64,000 nt of DNA from Yuukianura sp. NJ FZ-2021. Taxonomy: Eukaryota. The stretch is from NCBI GenBank assembly GCA_046563655.1, contig CM102285.1, positions 9,672,001 to 9,736,000 of the forward strand. The letters are read 5' to 3'. Shown here in pieces: positions 49,933 to 62,553 of this stretch; position 1 is the first letter of the stretch; each line of letters starts with the position of its first letter. A model generated the notes under the pieces. The model worked only from the letters and a program-made list of their open reading frames with translations, ran no database searches and was not told the DNA's origin. Made by a program: the position numbers and the translations under genes.

Positions 49933-51511
49933 ACTTTCACAACAAGTCCACTTAGGTTCCAAGAAAAATTAGAGTCAAGTTGACCTCTGACCCGAATTTG
50001 AGCAAAACCATAGACTTCCACCAAGTTCAGAGAGGTCAACTTGTGGTACTTTCCCAAATTTTCTTGACAAACATAACGTTATGTCATGAAAAACTGTTGG
50101 ATTTGTGTGGAACTGGTTTGTAAAAAAGACTTTTGTAAGAACAAATGATTAGTACCACCCCATGATCTTAAAAACGACACGAACAAAAGGATTCTTGCAT
50201 CTTTCTGGCAGATCTTCTCGAGATCTCTCAGCCAGATTTTCCTTTTGTTTTTTTGTTTTCTTCTTTAATTGCTTTCAAACACAATTTTCAATTCAAAACC
50301 ACAATGGCAATTCATATCTCACTTGTTTCTTTCCAAGCTCAACGAGGCGAGAAACCACTTAACACTTAAGCCTACTAAGTAGATCACACTTCACACTCGA
50401 GGAATTTCAGCTTCAGGAATGCTGACAGTACAACTGACAATAGGAATCTGGAAGAATGTTGATGAAGTATCAAACCTTCGGGTCAATCTCTCGTCCTGAA
50501 GCACATCTTCTTCATGCAACTCTGATTTATTGCATGTTCAACATCTTAAAATTGATGAGCCACTTTCAACACCTATGGCGTGACACAATTTGATGTCTTT
50601 TTCTTAAGCCTTGTTCATATCACAGATTTCGTAGCGCGTCTTAAAATTTGTGTATCTTCTTAAGTACTTCACTTTTGAGCACTTTCAAATCACTTGAACT
50701 TTTCTCACCTCCAAGGCGTCCTGAGTACTACTAACACTGATGATAAGCCAAGGCTTCTTAAATTTCCTAATGCAACTCTCGGCGTCCCAGATTTTGGAAC
50801 TTCTTATGAGCACTTGGACGGTGTGTTACAAAAACAGTAGGAGTCACGAAATCCATTGTCTGTTTATTGGGGGCCGCAAGTTGGCCAAACGGACCCTGCG
50901 CACTTGATGCTGGACACTTAAAAAATTGTGACAAAGATGCGGAAGGCTTCTTGGGCCAAAGGAAACCCAATTGTTGAAGGTAAGCCTAAAAAGTGAACTT
51001 GTGAGCAGCAATAAGACGAAGAACCCGTAAGAAATGGAAATGTCTTTGGAGGAGACTAACAATTGGAAATGGAGGGGCACAAAACAAGGCTTCTGTGGTG
51101 GAAAACGATGCCCCAAACACCGCTATATGTACTTTCTTGGTATTGGAACCACCTTAGGTTTTCTACGTTATGTTATGGTAGACAACTGTCGAGGGACGGA
51201 GAACAATAGATGCTAAACAGTGCATACGCAGAGACTGAGGTCTACAATAAAAATTCAACCGAAGAATTAAGAAGCTTTTTTGTTCAAAGTGTTTTTGAGT
51301 CTGTAGGAAATCTTCTTGTAGATTTTAAAATCTCGGCTTAAGAGGGGCTCTTGTCGTTTTGTGTCTAGTGTGTGAACATTCCACGGATTAGAGCAAAGTG
51401 GACAGGAGATTTATAAGGCCGAGAAATCCGTGTGTACAAGTGTCTGAGAAAGAATTTTATGTTATTTTTCATAACGCATGAAAATAAACTCTTCGTTTTT
51501 TAATTTAAACG

Positions 51512-51880
51512 TACAGTAAACTCCCTAAAATTCCTAAAATTTGAAATCAAAAATGAAGAAAAATGACGTTTGGTTTAGTTTTTTCTTAAAAAGTGTCGAA
51601 AAATACCTCGTTTATCATCCAGTTAAAGTTTTTAAAAAATTACCGAGGATAAATTAAATTCTGCTACTGGTATAAATATTAGTGAAAAAAGTTTAACTGG
51701 ATGAAAAACGTGATGTTTTTAGACAACTTTTAATTTAAAAAAAAAGTTATGTTTTTCTTTATTTTATTATTTTACACCTTTACTTACAATATACTGTTTT
51801 TTAGAACTTAAAACTGAAAAGTGAAAACTTTTAAATCCCTTAATTCTTGCGAGATTTAAAATTTGGAGGTGTTTACGGTT
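51512..51880. mobile_element. Degenerate foldback/MITE-like element
   Basis: Termini TACAGTAAACTCCC / GGAGGTGTTTACGGT. Internal inverted arms TGTCGAAAAATACCTCGTTTATCATCCAGTTAAA and TTTAACTGGATGAAAAACGTGATGTTTTTAGACA. Confidence 0.55.
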
Positions 51881-52924
51881 TTAAGTACTTTTTTTCAGGA
51901 TTTTCTACAAAGTTAATGCGATTTTTGTTAATTCTGGAAAAGTTTTCTAAAGAGTTCAAATTAGAACTTTTTCAACAAAATTCAATACGGATTTGTTCTG
52001 TTCGAGAAGTTCCAGAGAAGTCATGCGGTTTTTGGTTAAGTTTTCTTTCAACTTTTCCTCTTCGATTGTTGGTCTTGTTTGTAATGGAATCTTGATACGC
52101 AGCATCCACCTTCTTCTGCTTCTTCGAATAAGATTGAAGATGCATCAACAGATACTATCCTATGCATCATCATGACCAAACAAGTGTGCAATGGGCCACG
52201 AAGACAAGACTTGATCAACGTGCTTACCTTATGCTTTACCACTACAACTTGTACTGTACAAGTTAAATCTTTTTGCATGTGAGGTAATATTTGGTAAGAA
52301 AATAACTGAAGATCCTCTTTGGCCCATGGAGGTCAGTGACCTCCTGGGAAACGGAATAACGGTCAGGAGGCGAATCTGTGAAAAAACGTACGTAAATTTC
52401 AACCCTAAGCCGGCAATTCAATGCAAATTAAATTGCGAATAATTAGTAGGTGCCAATTGTTCCTGCAGAAACAAAATTCCTATTATTCTTTATGGTAGTA
52501 AAGTAGTATGTTATAATATTCAACACATCCGAAGGAAGGTGGACTAATGACATCCATTGTGTTTAGCAGCACAAGTTTTGATCTGAAAATGAATTTAATA
52601 AATGAGGACTCCACGGCATGCATTTGAATTTCAAAAGTTTTTTTTTCCGTTTTTGAAAAAAAAAGAAAAAAACGTGCAATTGAATAAGTGACCTCAATTT
52701 GCAGTTTTTTCAATAATGAAATTTATAATTCTTAAGTTGAAGCACGAAATTTCTCCCGTTTTGAATTTCTAAAAAATGAACTCGCGGAATTTTAAACTGT
52801 AAATTGTCCTTGTAATTTCTTCATTTTCATTGAAATTTTAATTGATTTCATTTTTTCATTGTTTAAACTAATTAACTACCCGTGGCTAATACTATTTTCA
52901 TTGTCTTTTGTCATTTTAAAATTA

Positions 52925-55900
52925 CTACAAATACGTGACCTTGTTGTCCCAGTACTTCTTGAGTCGAATCTCCCTCTCTACTGGATCGTAACACTTGATT
53001 TCAGTAATTTCAGATGCTGGACCAGTATTATGCTTGTCATGTGAGGGTAAATGATGGTGACTTTGAGAAAGGCTTGTTGGTCCAGTACGCTGCGCACTGC
53101 TAAAGTAAGCAGCTTCCGGTCCCGTTAAAATTGTACTTCTTGGAATATCTTTTGTAGAGCGAACACTTTCTAGAAATCCAGCATTTGCGTTTGTGAACAA
53201 CGGAAAATGGGATTTGGGTTTTGACCTTGACATTTTGGTTTGACCTGACACCGACATATCATCCTTCGCGAGCATTTGAGACAGTGACCTGGCTTTGCTT
53301 AAAGTGTAGAATCCAGGTTTCTCAATGTTGGAAATTCCAGCAGGATGATGTTCGACAACGACAGTTTCTTCTTGGGCATACGGAAATTGCACAGATTTTC
53401 TAAGTTTTTGATTTCGATTGAAAATGCCTTTAGAAATTGTATCCAGTTCTTTTTTAAACAAAAGTCTCGTGTTTTGTTCCAGCATGTACTCCCAGCATCG
53501 AAACTGTTCAACTGACATTGTCGTGTTGGCTAGAGAAACAGTATCACCATTTTCAAGCTCTTGGACTCCACCGGTTCGAATCCACCTTGGGCTGTTTGAC
53601 CTCTGCTGATCTTTGGCTTCTGTTCGAAAACTCCCGCCTCCAGAAGATCGGTCGGTGTCAATGGCACTGTCTGGTGTGGTTACTGAAGCAAGTGGGTTGG
53701 GTACATCGTCAGAGTAACTTGAAGAGGCACTGGAGTAGCACAAGGGGCCATATTCACTTTTCAGGGTCAACTTGGGGTCAACAATTAGTCCCCTAGAAGA
53801 ACTGGATCGCCATTTGAATCGAACAAGAACGACACTCACACATTGTTTACAGGCATGCGACTGTGCCATTTCTGTGATTCGTTTGGCAATTAGAACACTT
53901 TTCTTGGTACGATGAGCCTCCAGTTCGTCAACAATTTCGTCTTGAGTCACATGATTCCAAATACTTTGACTTGCGATGACAAGAAATTCGTAGTTGGGGG
54001 TCAACGGGACTGAGAATACCAGGGGATCTGGTATGGATATGTCACTGTTACTTTTCTTAGCGGAAACGTTGGATTTGCCTCCAGCATGGGCACTATCACT
54101 GCCATTTTTGTAGTTTCGTGCTACAGTTTCCCCGTTGTTGAGGTCCAGTAGCGGAAACGAACTTCTGGAAGGCTTCCTTGGGGCTTCCTGACTGGTGGAG
54201 GTGATAGGAGTGACTTGCTTTCCAGGACCAACCAAAATGCAGCGAATGTCGCCAACCATGGCCAAGTTTAGGGTGAAACTGGGTTTAGATTCGCCTAAAG
54301 AGTCATCTTGCACAGAAAGATGAGCAAGGACGCCACGGGTTTGGTTCGGTTGTCCGTTTTGCCGAATACTTCTAAAAGTTAACAAAATCAATATAATAAC
54401 ATTTATGTTAAATTTAATATCTATTAGTTAAAATGAATTAATATAGAAATGTGAACTGAAGTAAGGTAGATTTACCTTAAGGTATTTAAAAGTGTATATT
54501 TGAGTGAAAGTTTGAGACTTTCTTCGATGTTCCGCTCCTCTGCGTACAACTTGGCGATTAATTTTGAAATGGATTTTGGAATGATGAATTGTGGTCCTCC
54601 GTCGAAAATTCCAAACAAAGCTTCTCTTCCATTGTTGACATTGACGTCTCGATACTGCGTAACACTGAGACTCTGTTTCCGATCCGGAAGTTCCGAAAAT
54701 CCTAACTCCCACGGTGGATTCGGTGGAAAATCTTGACCTTGATTATTCTTGAGGTCAACCGTCCGATGCTTCTTGGGATTTGTTACTTCAACTAAATTCA
54801 TTGGTCGTCTGAAACAAATATAACATAGATATAATAATAGTATAGTACATTCCAAAACTAGGTCTTCGATTGTATGATTCTGCAACACCTATGAATAATT
54901 TTTTGTAGCGTGCAGAATTACAAAATTTTTATTACTTGGGACTGAACAGCTTCTCTGGATAGAGATTCAACTTGTCATTGCAGGAAATGTCCAAGTAGGT
55001 CAAGTTCCCGCCAGAAATGAGGTTATCCAGGTTAATTTTTTGTAAATTGTTGTGTGACAGGTCAAGTAGCTTCAGTTGCGGCATCTTCGTCAAGTTCGGA
55101 ACCGATTCGAGCCGGTTGGAATGCATGCGTAGAACACGAAGTTTGGACAGCAGTGACATTTTTGACGGAAGTGTCTGAATCCTATTGCCACAAAGTATAA
55201 GTTCTTCCAAGTTCCGCCAAGTTCCGGTAACCCTAAAAATACGAAATAAAATTAGGATGCATCTTTCAGTTTTTGAAATTTTGGAACCTTAGTGAGGAAT
55301 TGGGACACACTTTTCGTTAACTCGTTGAATTTTGTTAAAAGCAAGATGTAGTCTTTTGAGTCGAGTACTTTCGTACAAGAACTCCAGCGCATCCGTCTCA
55401 CCAGCATCTTCCAGATCATTTCGACTAAGAAATAGTTCCTGAATGGGACACCGCTTCCCGAAAGACGGTAAACTTTTTAAGAGATTTTGACTCAAGTTCA
55501 AAATGGTTAATCTGAAATTTTAGAAAACAGGAATCATTTGTGCTTAAAAACTTTCACTAAAGGCTAAGTTGCAACAAAAAGTGTTAAAAAAATTGAAATG
55601 TGTCGATTAAAAGAAGATTGTCCAACAACTTACCGAGTTGCTCTCTGAATGAAATCTTTTGAAATCGCCTCAATACTGTTGGAGTGGAGATCTAATTCTG
55701 AAATTGGCAAATGTGTCAAAGCATTTTGGAATTTGCAGTCGACGCTTCGTATTCTGTTATGTGATGCATATATCACAAATAGCTCAGGGATCATCCATGT
55801 CCAAGATGGTAGTTGCGTTAGGTTGTTGCTAAAAAATAACATCCAATTTCCAATTCGATTGACGCTAATTGTTCGGTTTGAGAATTACGAGTTGGCTTAC

Positions 55901-56246
55901 AAAGATAGTTGAAGTGTCGAGAGATTATTTGGCAAGGGATCTACAAGGACAGATTCCAATTCTAAAAAGATACAAAAAAGTACATTGAATTTTAGAAGTC
56001 GGACAGAATCTTTTTAAAAGGTTTCAGATTTTAATTAGTTCTCGAAATTTTTCTTTTACTATTGTGTGAGCAGTCCAGAAATGTCAAAGAAGTTCCGGAC
56101 AAAATGAGAATTTCTAATTGATTGTTAGCACAGCACAGCCATTCAAGGCGACACAAGTTTCGGAGGTCCAACTTCTTCGCACTGTTTCCGCTGATGTCCA
56201 AATGTGTCAAATTCTGGAAATCAAAATTTTGAAAAATAAATACCAC
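52925..56246 (-). CDS. PHLPP: PHLPP-like LRR + PP2C-fold protein; 5' exons (possibly up to ~58209) not resolved
   Basis: Several LRR exons (LTHLDISGN, LDLHSNSI, LRMHSNRL, LDLSHNNL); PP2C-fold LFGIFDG, VGD, PDP, EFLVIAS; C-terminal EQFRCWEYMLEQNTRLLF; PDZ-type terminus VTYL. Confidence 0.85.
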
Positions 56247-59200
56247 ACAAAATTCATTTTTGAAAATTTCAAAACAACTTGAGCTTGGCTCCAGTTGAAC
56301 ACATACGGGATTCCATAAAAGTTAACCTAACTTCAAAAATTTGATGTCAAAATTCTGGAATAGGGAGAACTCAATCTATCATTGGAATGATAGGTTGAGA
56401 CATTGCAATTATCTCAATTGAATCTTTGAATCTGAATTGATATAATTTTGAAGGCGAAAAATTAAGAAATTGAGGGAGTGACCTCAAAGTGACCTCCATT
56501 CAGTCGAATCACTTCCAGAAGACAGGATCCGTCAAACTTGAGTCTCAATTTGTACTTTTTGCCATCCTTCGAAGAGTCCTTTGTCTGAATGAAGCTGGTA
56601 TAGTTTTGCAAAGTGTCCAAAGTGTCACTTTCGGTCATTTCACACTTGCCCAAGTCCCTCATTGAACAAACACTCTTTTAGGCCAAAATCTACTGAAGCC
56701 GACTCAACCGTAGTACTTTCAATCGTTATCTGTCTGACTCTTCTGATCTAACCACCTCGCAACACTCAGCTTCCGTCCAGAATTGAGCAGGAAATGACTG
56801 TGCTGTTGATGTAATGCGGTGAATTCTATTGTTGTAAAAGCCCAACCTCGCCCACCTCACTTTTAGTCCATGCTCCCTTAGAACGCTCTTCGCAATGTAA
56901 TGAATGCCTTACGAACCGAAACAATGCCCTGTCCACCCAACCGAAAACAATCCAAGGAAGAGGGGGAAAGGAAACAGAAAAAAATTGACCCCGGCTACAA
57001 TTTGAGCTAAGGACTTCAATTAAAAAACATGCGCTGCACGGTTGCACTGGCGTCGGCTTCGTTCAAGTACCTCTATAGAGGTTAGGTACTTGGAAAATTT
57101 CCTGCACTTGAACCTTGAAAGTGAAGCTGAAACTTCCCGAGTCTCCACTTTCTCAAAAAAAAAAGTCCAACAGTTTTTGAACATGAGTTTTACTGCACAA
57201 AACAACAAAAAATGTCACTTTTACAAAAACTTTAGCCAAAATGCTGTCAAATCTGACAAAAATTCGACGCACGAATTCGTCAGTGACGAATTTTTGACAA
57301 CGAAGAACGAACTTTTGAGTTCAAACCTTCAAAAAATTGGGCGTGACGCCGTATTTAGTGTTTTTGAGCAAGAACATTGTAACTTGAAATGAAAAAATTT
57401 ATGGCCATGAAGACGCGTGGACGTTTTTGTTCTTGAAGTGACGGGAACAGAACCAGCGGCAAGTCTTGGTTTCGTTCCGCTTGAGCCTCCCTTAAGAAGA
57501 ACACCTTTTTCCTTGGAAGAGTGATTTGCGACAGCCCTGAAAAATTAAAGAGGTAGCCATCCAATGGTTACCATCATTCCTCTTTCAAGCGGAAGCCTTG
57601 CGTGACCTCAACGCACGTTTGGCCAAACAACTTGATAACTTGACCTTTTAGAAGTTAAGTCATGGTGGACCGTGCGCACTTTGGCATTGAATTCTTATAA
57701 CCCAAAATGTAAAGTATGAAATTGATGTATCACTAATTCACACATCAAGTCATTCATGTTCAAGTAAAGACAACAAGTGCATTAGGTAAGTACTTTTAGT
57801 AACAATCTGATTCAAAGTTCTGATTAACCTGAGTTTGTAATTAAGAGACCTTGGCCACATTTAGTAAAACAATGGATAAATTTAACGCTTTAGTGAAATT
57901 AAGTAAACATTAGGCAAGTGTGTTAAGTATTTTAGTAAAGTAAAAATGGGGGTGAAAAGTGTGTTAAAATTTTGTTACCCGAAAACTGTCTCCTCCGTTG
58001 GCATCCGGAATTGAAAAAAATCGTTGTTCTTCCACTGCGGATGCTGCTGATACTGTCGAAGATACAAATGAAACTGGCGACATTCTCGTTGATTCACGGC
58101 GTAGACGTGGAGATTCCGTGGTTGCTTCATAGTCACTTCCATTATTCTTGGCGTCACTTTCTCCTGGCGGACTTTCACCCTGGATTTCGTAAAATCCACT
58201 AGATTTCATAACTGATAAGATTGTACAGATTTGGTTTAATTTTAACCTTCTTTTTTAAATTAGAAATGTAGCTTATTGTCCATTGACACAATAGAACATG
58301 GGACAAAGGGAAAAACAATGCTTAATTACTGGTGCACAGAGGATGTTTAGGTAGCTTGAAGATGTGTAAGAGTACAATGACTGTTCCTAGAGATCTGGTT
58401 CCACTCGGCGTATCAAATGACCAAAACTGCTTTCATTTGAAGTTAACTTTGACAAGAAGTGGTTCTTAAGAAGAAGGAAAAAGTGTATTAAACAATCAAC
58501 AGGATGACGATGATGATGGTTATCTCAGTATGCAGCCGATGGCGACTGTCGTCGCTTGGCCAAAACTAAAACTGAGGTAGCGTTTTTTGCTTTTGTTGAA
58601 AATTTCTATTGTCATCTCTTGTTCGTCGTTGCTAAATAGTGGGTCAGTTCTGCATCAAATCCTGCTGTATTTAAAGTCATCTCTAAATTAAAAAGTATCG
58701 TCATTACAAAGAGTGGAGTCACTCCTGTATCACGGAATTTTATGGGATAAAAATGGGATTAAAATGAGCCGTAACCAAAAGTTGCATTTTCTTGCTCAAT
58801 GAGCAAAGATTTTAAATGATCTTACGTAAAACAGTTAAATAAGAAGACGATTTTGAAAACTAAGCAAAAACTAGCTAATGCCCTGTATTGCGGAAAAAAA
58901 TTTGGACAAAATTTCTCTAGACACACTTCTTGCCTGTACGTTTGGTTCATGATGTCGAAATCTGCAAGAAAGATGAAAACGCAAATGCTGTTAACTTAAG
59001 TCCGCTGCTTTTAGCTTGCTTCTGTAAATCATATGGGTTTTTAGGCACTCCGAATACTTCAGACTTTATAGGTTGTAAGCTAAACCAAATAAAATTATTG
59101 CAGATTTTAGCAAGTTTGGCTTTTAAAAAATTTAGGAATTCGTGGAAAGACATCTTGGCGTGCCTTGCGTTTGTAAATTCATCTAACCGAAACGTCTGGT

Positions 59201-60610
59201 GCATAATGACACGGGGAATATGCCAAGCCTTGTGATTTCGCCCGTGTTGTTTCGTTTTGGAAATGTCACGAAATAGAGTGCAGGAACTGAAACTAAATTT
59301 ATTTTGGCATTATTATGGTGTAGGAGCATAAGTAGGAGGATGTCACGTCGGACACGAGAACGCCATAATTTGCAATTAGGAATTACGGCACAATTAGCGG
59401 AAATTCGCTGACAAATTAAATGGTCCGATGATTTGCGGAAGTAAATATCTCAACTCAATCCTCCGCAGGATACCAACAACAATTAAACGCTTACCAAAAA
59501 TGCTTCAACTAAATGTTATGTTTAGCTAGTACTACACATACGATAGTAGTTTAGAATTAGATAGTAGTACATAATAGTTCGTTACTAAAAGTATACTTTG
59601 GCTACAGACTTTCAGTGTCACAAGTTACTTTATTCCTCATAAATCTATGCTCCTAACTGGGATTGTCTGCAGGGATTGATGTTTGATCCGTAATAAAGCG
59701 TTTTAATCCAAGAAAAAAAAGTTTCATCGTGCAATTTTTCTCACAGACTTGTAGGTTCAGGCTGCCAAAACTTCGTCACTTGGAATCAAAACGAGTAAAA
59801 AGCAAACCATAAACGCCTTAGCCAACACGAGGTCAATCGTAGACCTACCAAATATTCATCTTTAATTGTATATCTCCTTCAACTTTATTTGCCATTTTTA
59901 TTCTAAAACTCCAAAAGGTCTCATCAATGCGACCATCATTAAAAAAACTGAGATGCTTGGCAGTATAAAGCAATGCAGAATCACGAAATTCAGAATTCAG
60001 CGTTCCTCGACCCGTTTTCCCTGGTGGGTTTAGGTCAACAACGTCGGCTGATTTTGACGAATGGCACGTCGTGACGAACCATGCAGGCGTTTGACAGGTC
60101 TCTCCTCAGTTCATCATCATCAGCTCTTTTGTAAACATGATGAAGATGCATCCGAATCAGAAGTGACTCTCGTAGAATATTTTTGGCAAAGTGGCTCGTT
60201 TTTTGAGTCCGCGGCAAAAGGAACTGGGTTGTGGGTGTCAAAATATTTGTAATTGACAGAAGTTGGCCCACGGCCCACCGATGGAGGTCACATGACCCAC
60301 ACCAACTGTCTCGGCTCGACTCAAATCTTGGATGCAAGCCTAGCCCATCCATCCGTTAAGCGTATCGCTGCCCAAATTTTTCGTAATGCATTGACACTTT
60401 CTTTTCGGTGTGAAAGTATCATCCACCCTTACAAAAACAAAACATGCCTCCTCAGTGCTGTTTTACTTCCCAGCATGTCTGGAAGCTCTCTTGTCTAAAT
60501 AAAAGTTACTTCTGGATCTACTATGCATTCTTATTTCAGTTTTGAATCTTGATCGAGAACGTAGCGTACTTTGAATTGTTGAAAATTTTGAAAATTGTTG
60601 TACACAAAAA

Positions 60611-61830
60611 ATGATTGTTCAAAGTGTCCTGGTTGACTTGTTTCTATTTTCGGTTTTATTTGTTCTCATTAACGGAGTTTCTCATCAGTGGAAACGAGAC
60701 AGACGTAAGTAACTATGTTCAGCAACGTTTTTCGAAACTGCTTTTTCGAAATCCGTAAAACATTTAATTGTTGAAAATGAAAATGCTTAATTTCTGTAGG
60801 GCCAAAGTTATATGGAGATCGGATGCCAAAAAACGCATCTTTGACGCAATCCAGAAGAGTTCGAGACAAAATCGTTGCGTACCATAACTACTTCCGGGCA
60901 AACGTGAAACCTTCTGCTGCAAATATGCTTGAAATGGTTTGACCTTAACTACAAGGAACACAAAAATTAGCAAACATTAAAGTTACCACAAGCTATTGCA
61001 AAATTTTACTTTGTGTCCAGACATGGCATAACTCCGCATCCGAATTTGCTCAGAAGTATTCCGAGAAGTGCGTCTTCCTCAAACATGACAATGCCACTGA
61101 CCGATGGACGAGTAACTACGGCGGGTGTGGTCAAAATATTTTCGTGTCGTCGCATCAAGTTCCATGGTACTTAAAGTGATAGCTTGTTATTAAAACTACT
61201 CTAAATTTTACTATTGGCTTTTTAAATTGCGAAAATTTAGGTTCTTCGCCATCAAGACTTGGTTTCTGGAGCATCGAAATTTTACTTACGCTTCTCCCAA
61301 AAACGATTTAGGCCTCGTCGGTCATTACACGCAAATGATATGGGCTACAAGTCATAAGGTGGGTTGTGGTTACTCAGAATGCAAGACTGACCAAGGCAAA
61401 GTCTTCTTCAATTACATCTGCAACTACTGTCCATCGTAAGTTACTTTACAATACAATCGGTCTCACAGTTGACTCAATTGTTCACCCGATTTTTCCAAAT
61501 TGCAGCGGAAACTACGCGGACATGTTGGGAAAACCGTACATAAGAGGCCCACCTTGTAAGAAATGTCCAAACGACTGCAGTGCTAAAACGAAGCTTTGCA
61601 CTAACTTCTGTCCATTTGCTGACCTCTGGGTCAACTGTGGACAATTGAATCGCCAGTGGCGTGAATGGCTTTGTAAGGATCGAACTAAGGAGGGTTTGAA
61701 AAGGCGGAGACACTGCATGGCAACTTGTGTCTGCAAGAACAAAATTGTTCAGTATTATCCAATACTCAGACCATCAAAGGCTACAATTCAGTTAGCAAAC
61801 AATACAGTAATTGTTGATGTCAAAGGTTAG
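60611..61830 (+). CDS. CAP/SCP (CRISP/antigen-5-like) secreted protein with Cys-rich C-terminal domain, 5 exons
   Basis: Signal peptide; HNYFRANVKPSAANMLEMTW; GCGQNIF; GHYTQMIWATSHKVGCG; YICNYCPSGN; PYIRGPPCKKCPNDC; ShKT-like Cys pattern. Confidence 0.92.
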
Positions 61831-62553
61831 TCAGTCAATAAGCTAATAAAACAAATGTGAATGATTAATAAGCAGACAAAGAAGTACTGACAACTGAAAA
61901 CACTAATAAAATTAAAATTCTCACTTGGAAAGTAAAACAATTATTCTCAATTATTAAAAATGTATAATAAATATAATAAAATGTATAAGTATAAATCTTT
62001 AATAAATTGAAGAATTATATTCAGCGCGTCGTTTCAAAACTTGTTCTAACCATGTTTCGCCATCTATCGGATTTTGTATGTGGACAAATAGGAATTTTGA
62101 AAAATAAATTTGCACTAACACAGAAGCGCGCCTGTAGTGCGGCTATGCTGAACCGGTACCGGTTTGTAATAAATGAAATGTGTCAACCATCCTTTTGTTT
62201 TTTGTCAATAAATTGTAATAAAATAATATATTAAAAGTAATATTTTAATAATACTTTTAAGCATAGGTACAACACCTTTATTAAACAATAAAGAAGAGAT
62301 GTATTCTTGTATGGTGCGGTAAAACTTATTTTCGATATTCTGGGAAAGACGTCTGTGTATGAGTCATTCATGCACGTTAGTCTGAAATATTTTGATCTCA
62401 TCTCACCGGCATCCCTAATCTTCCTGAAATCGAAGACAGCTGTTACGTCATCCTTAGTGCAATTCTGCAGTTGATTAATTGTTTTTAATTAACAGCTTTA
62501 CTACTGGTTTGTTTAGGAAGTCAAGTACTAATCGTTGAACATTGAGGTCTCAA

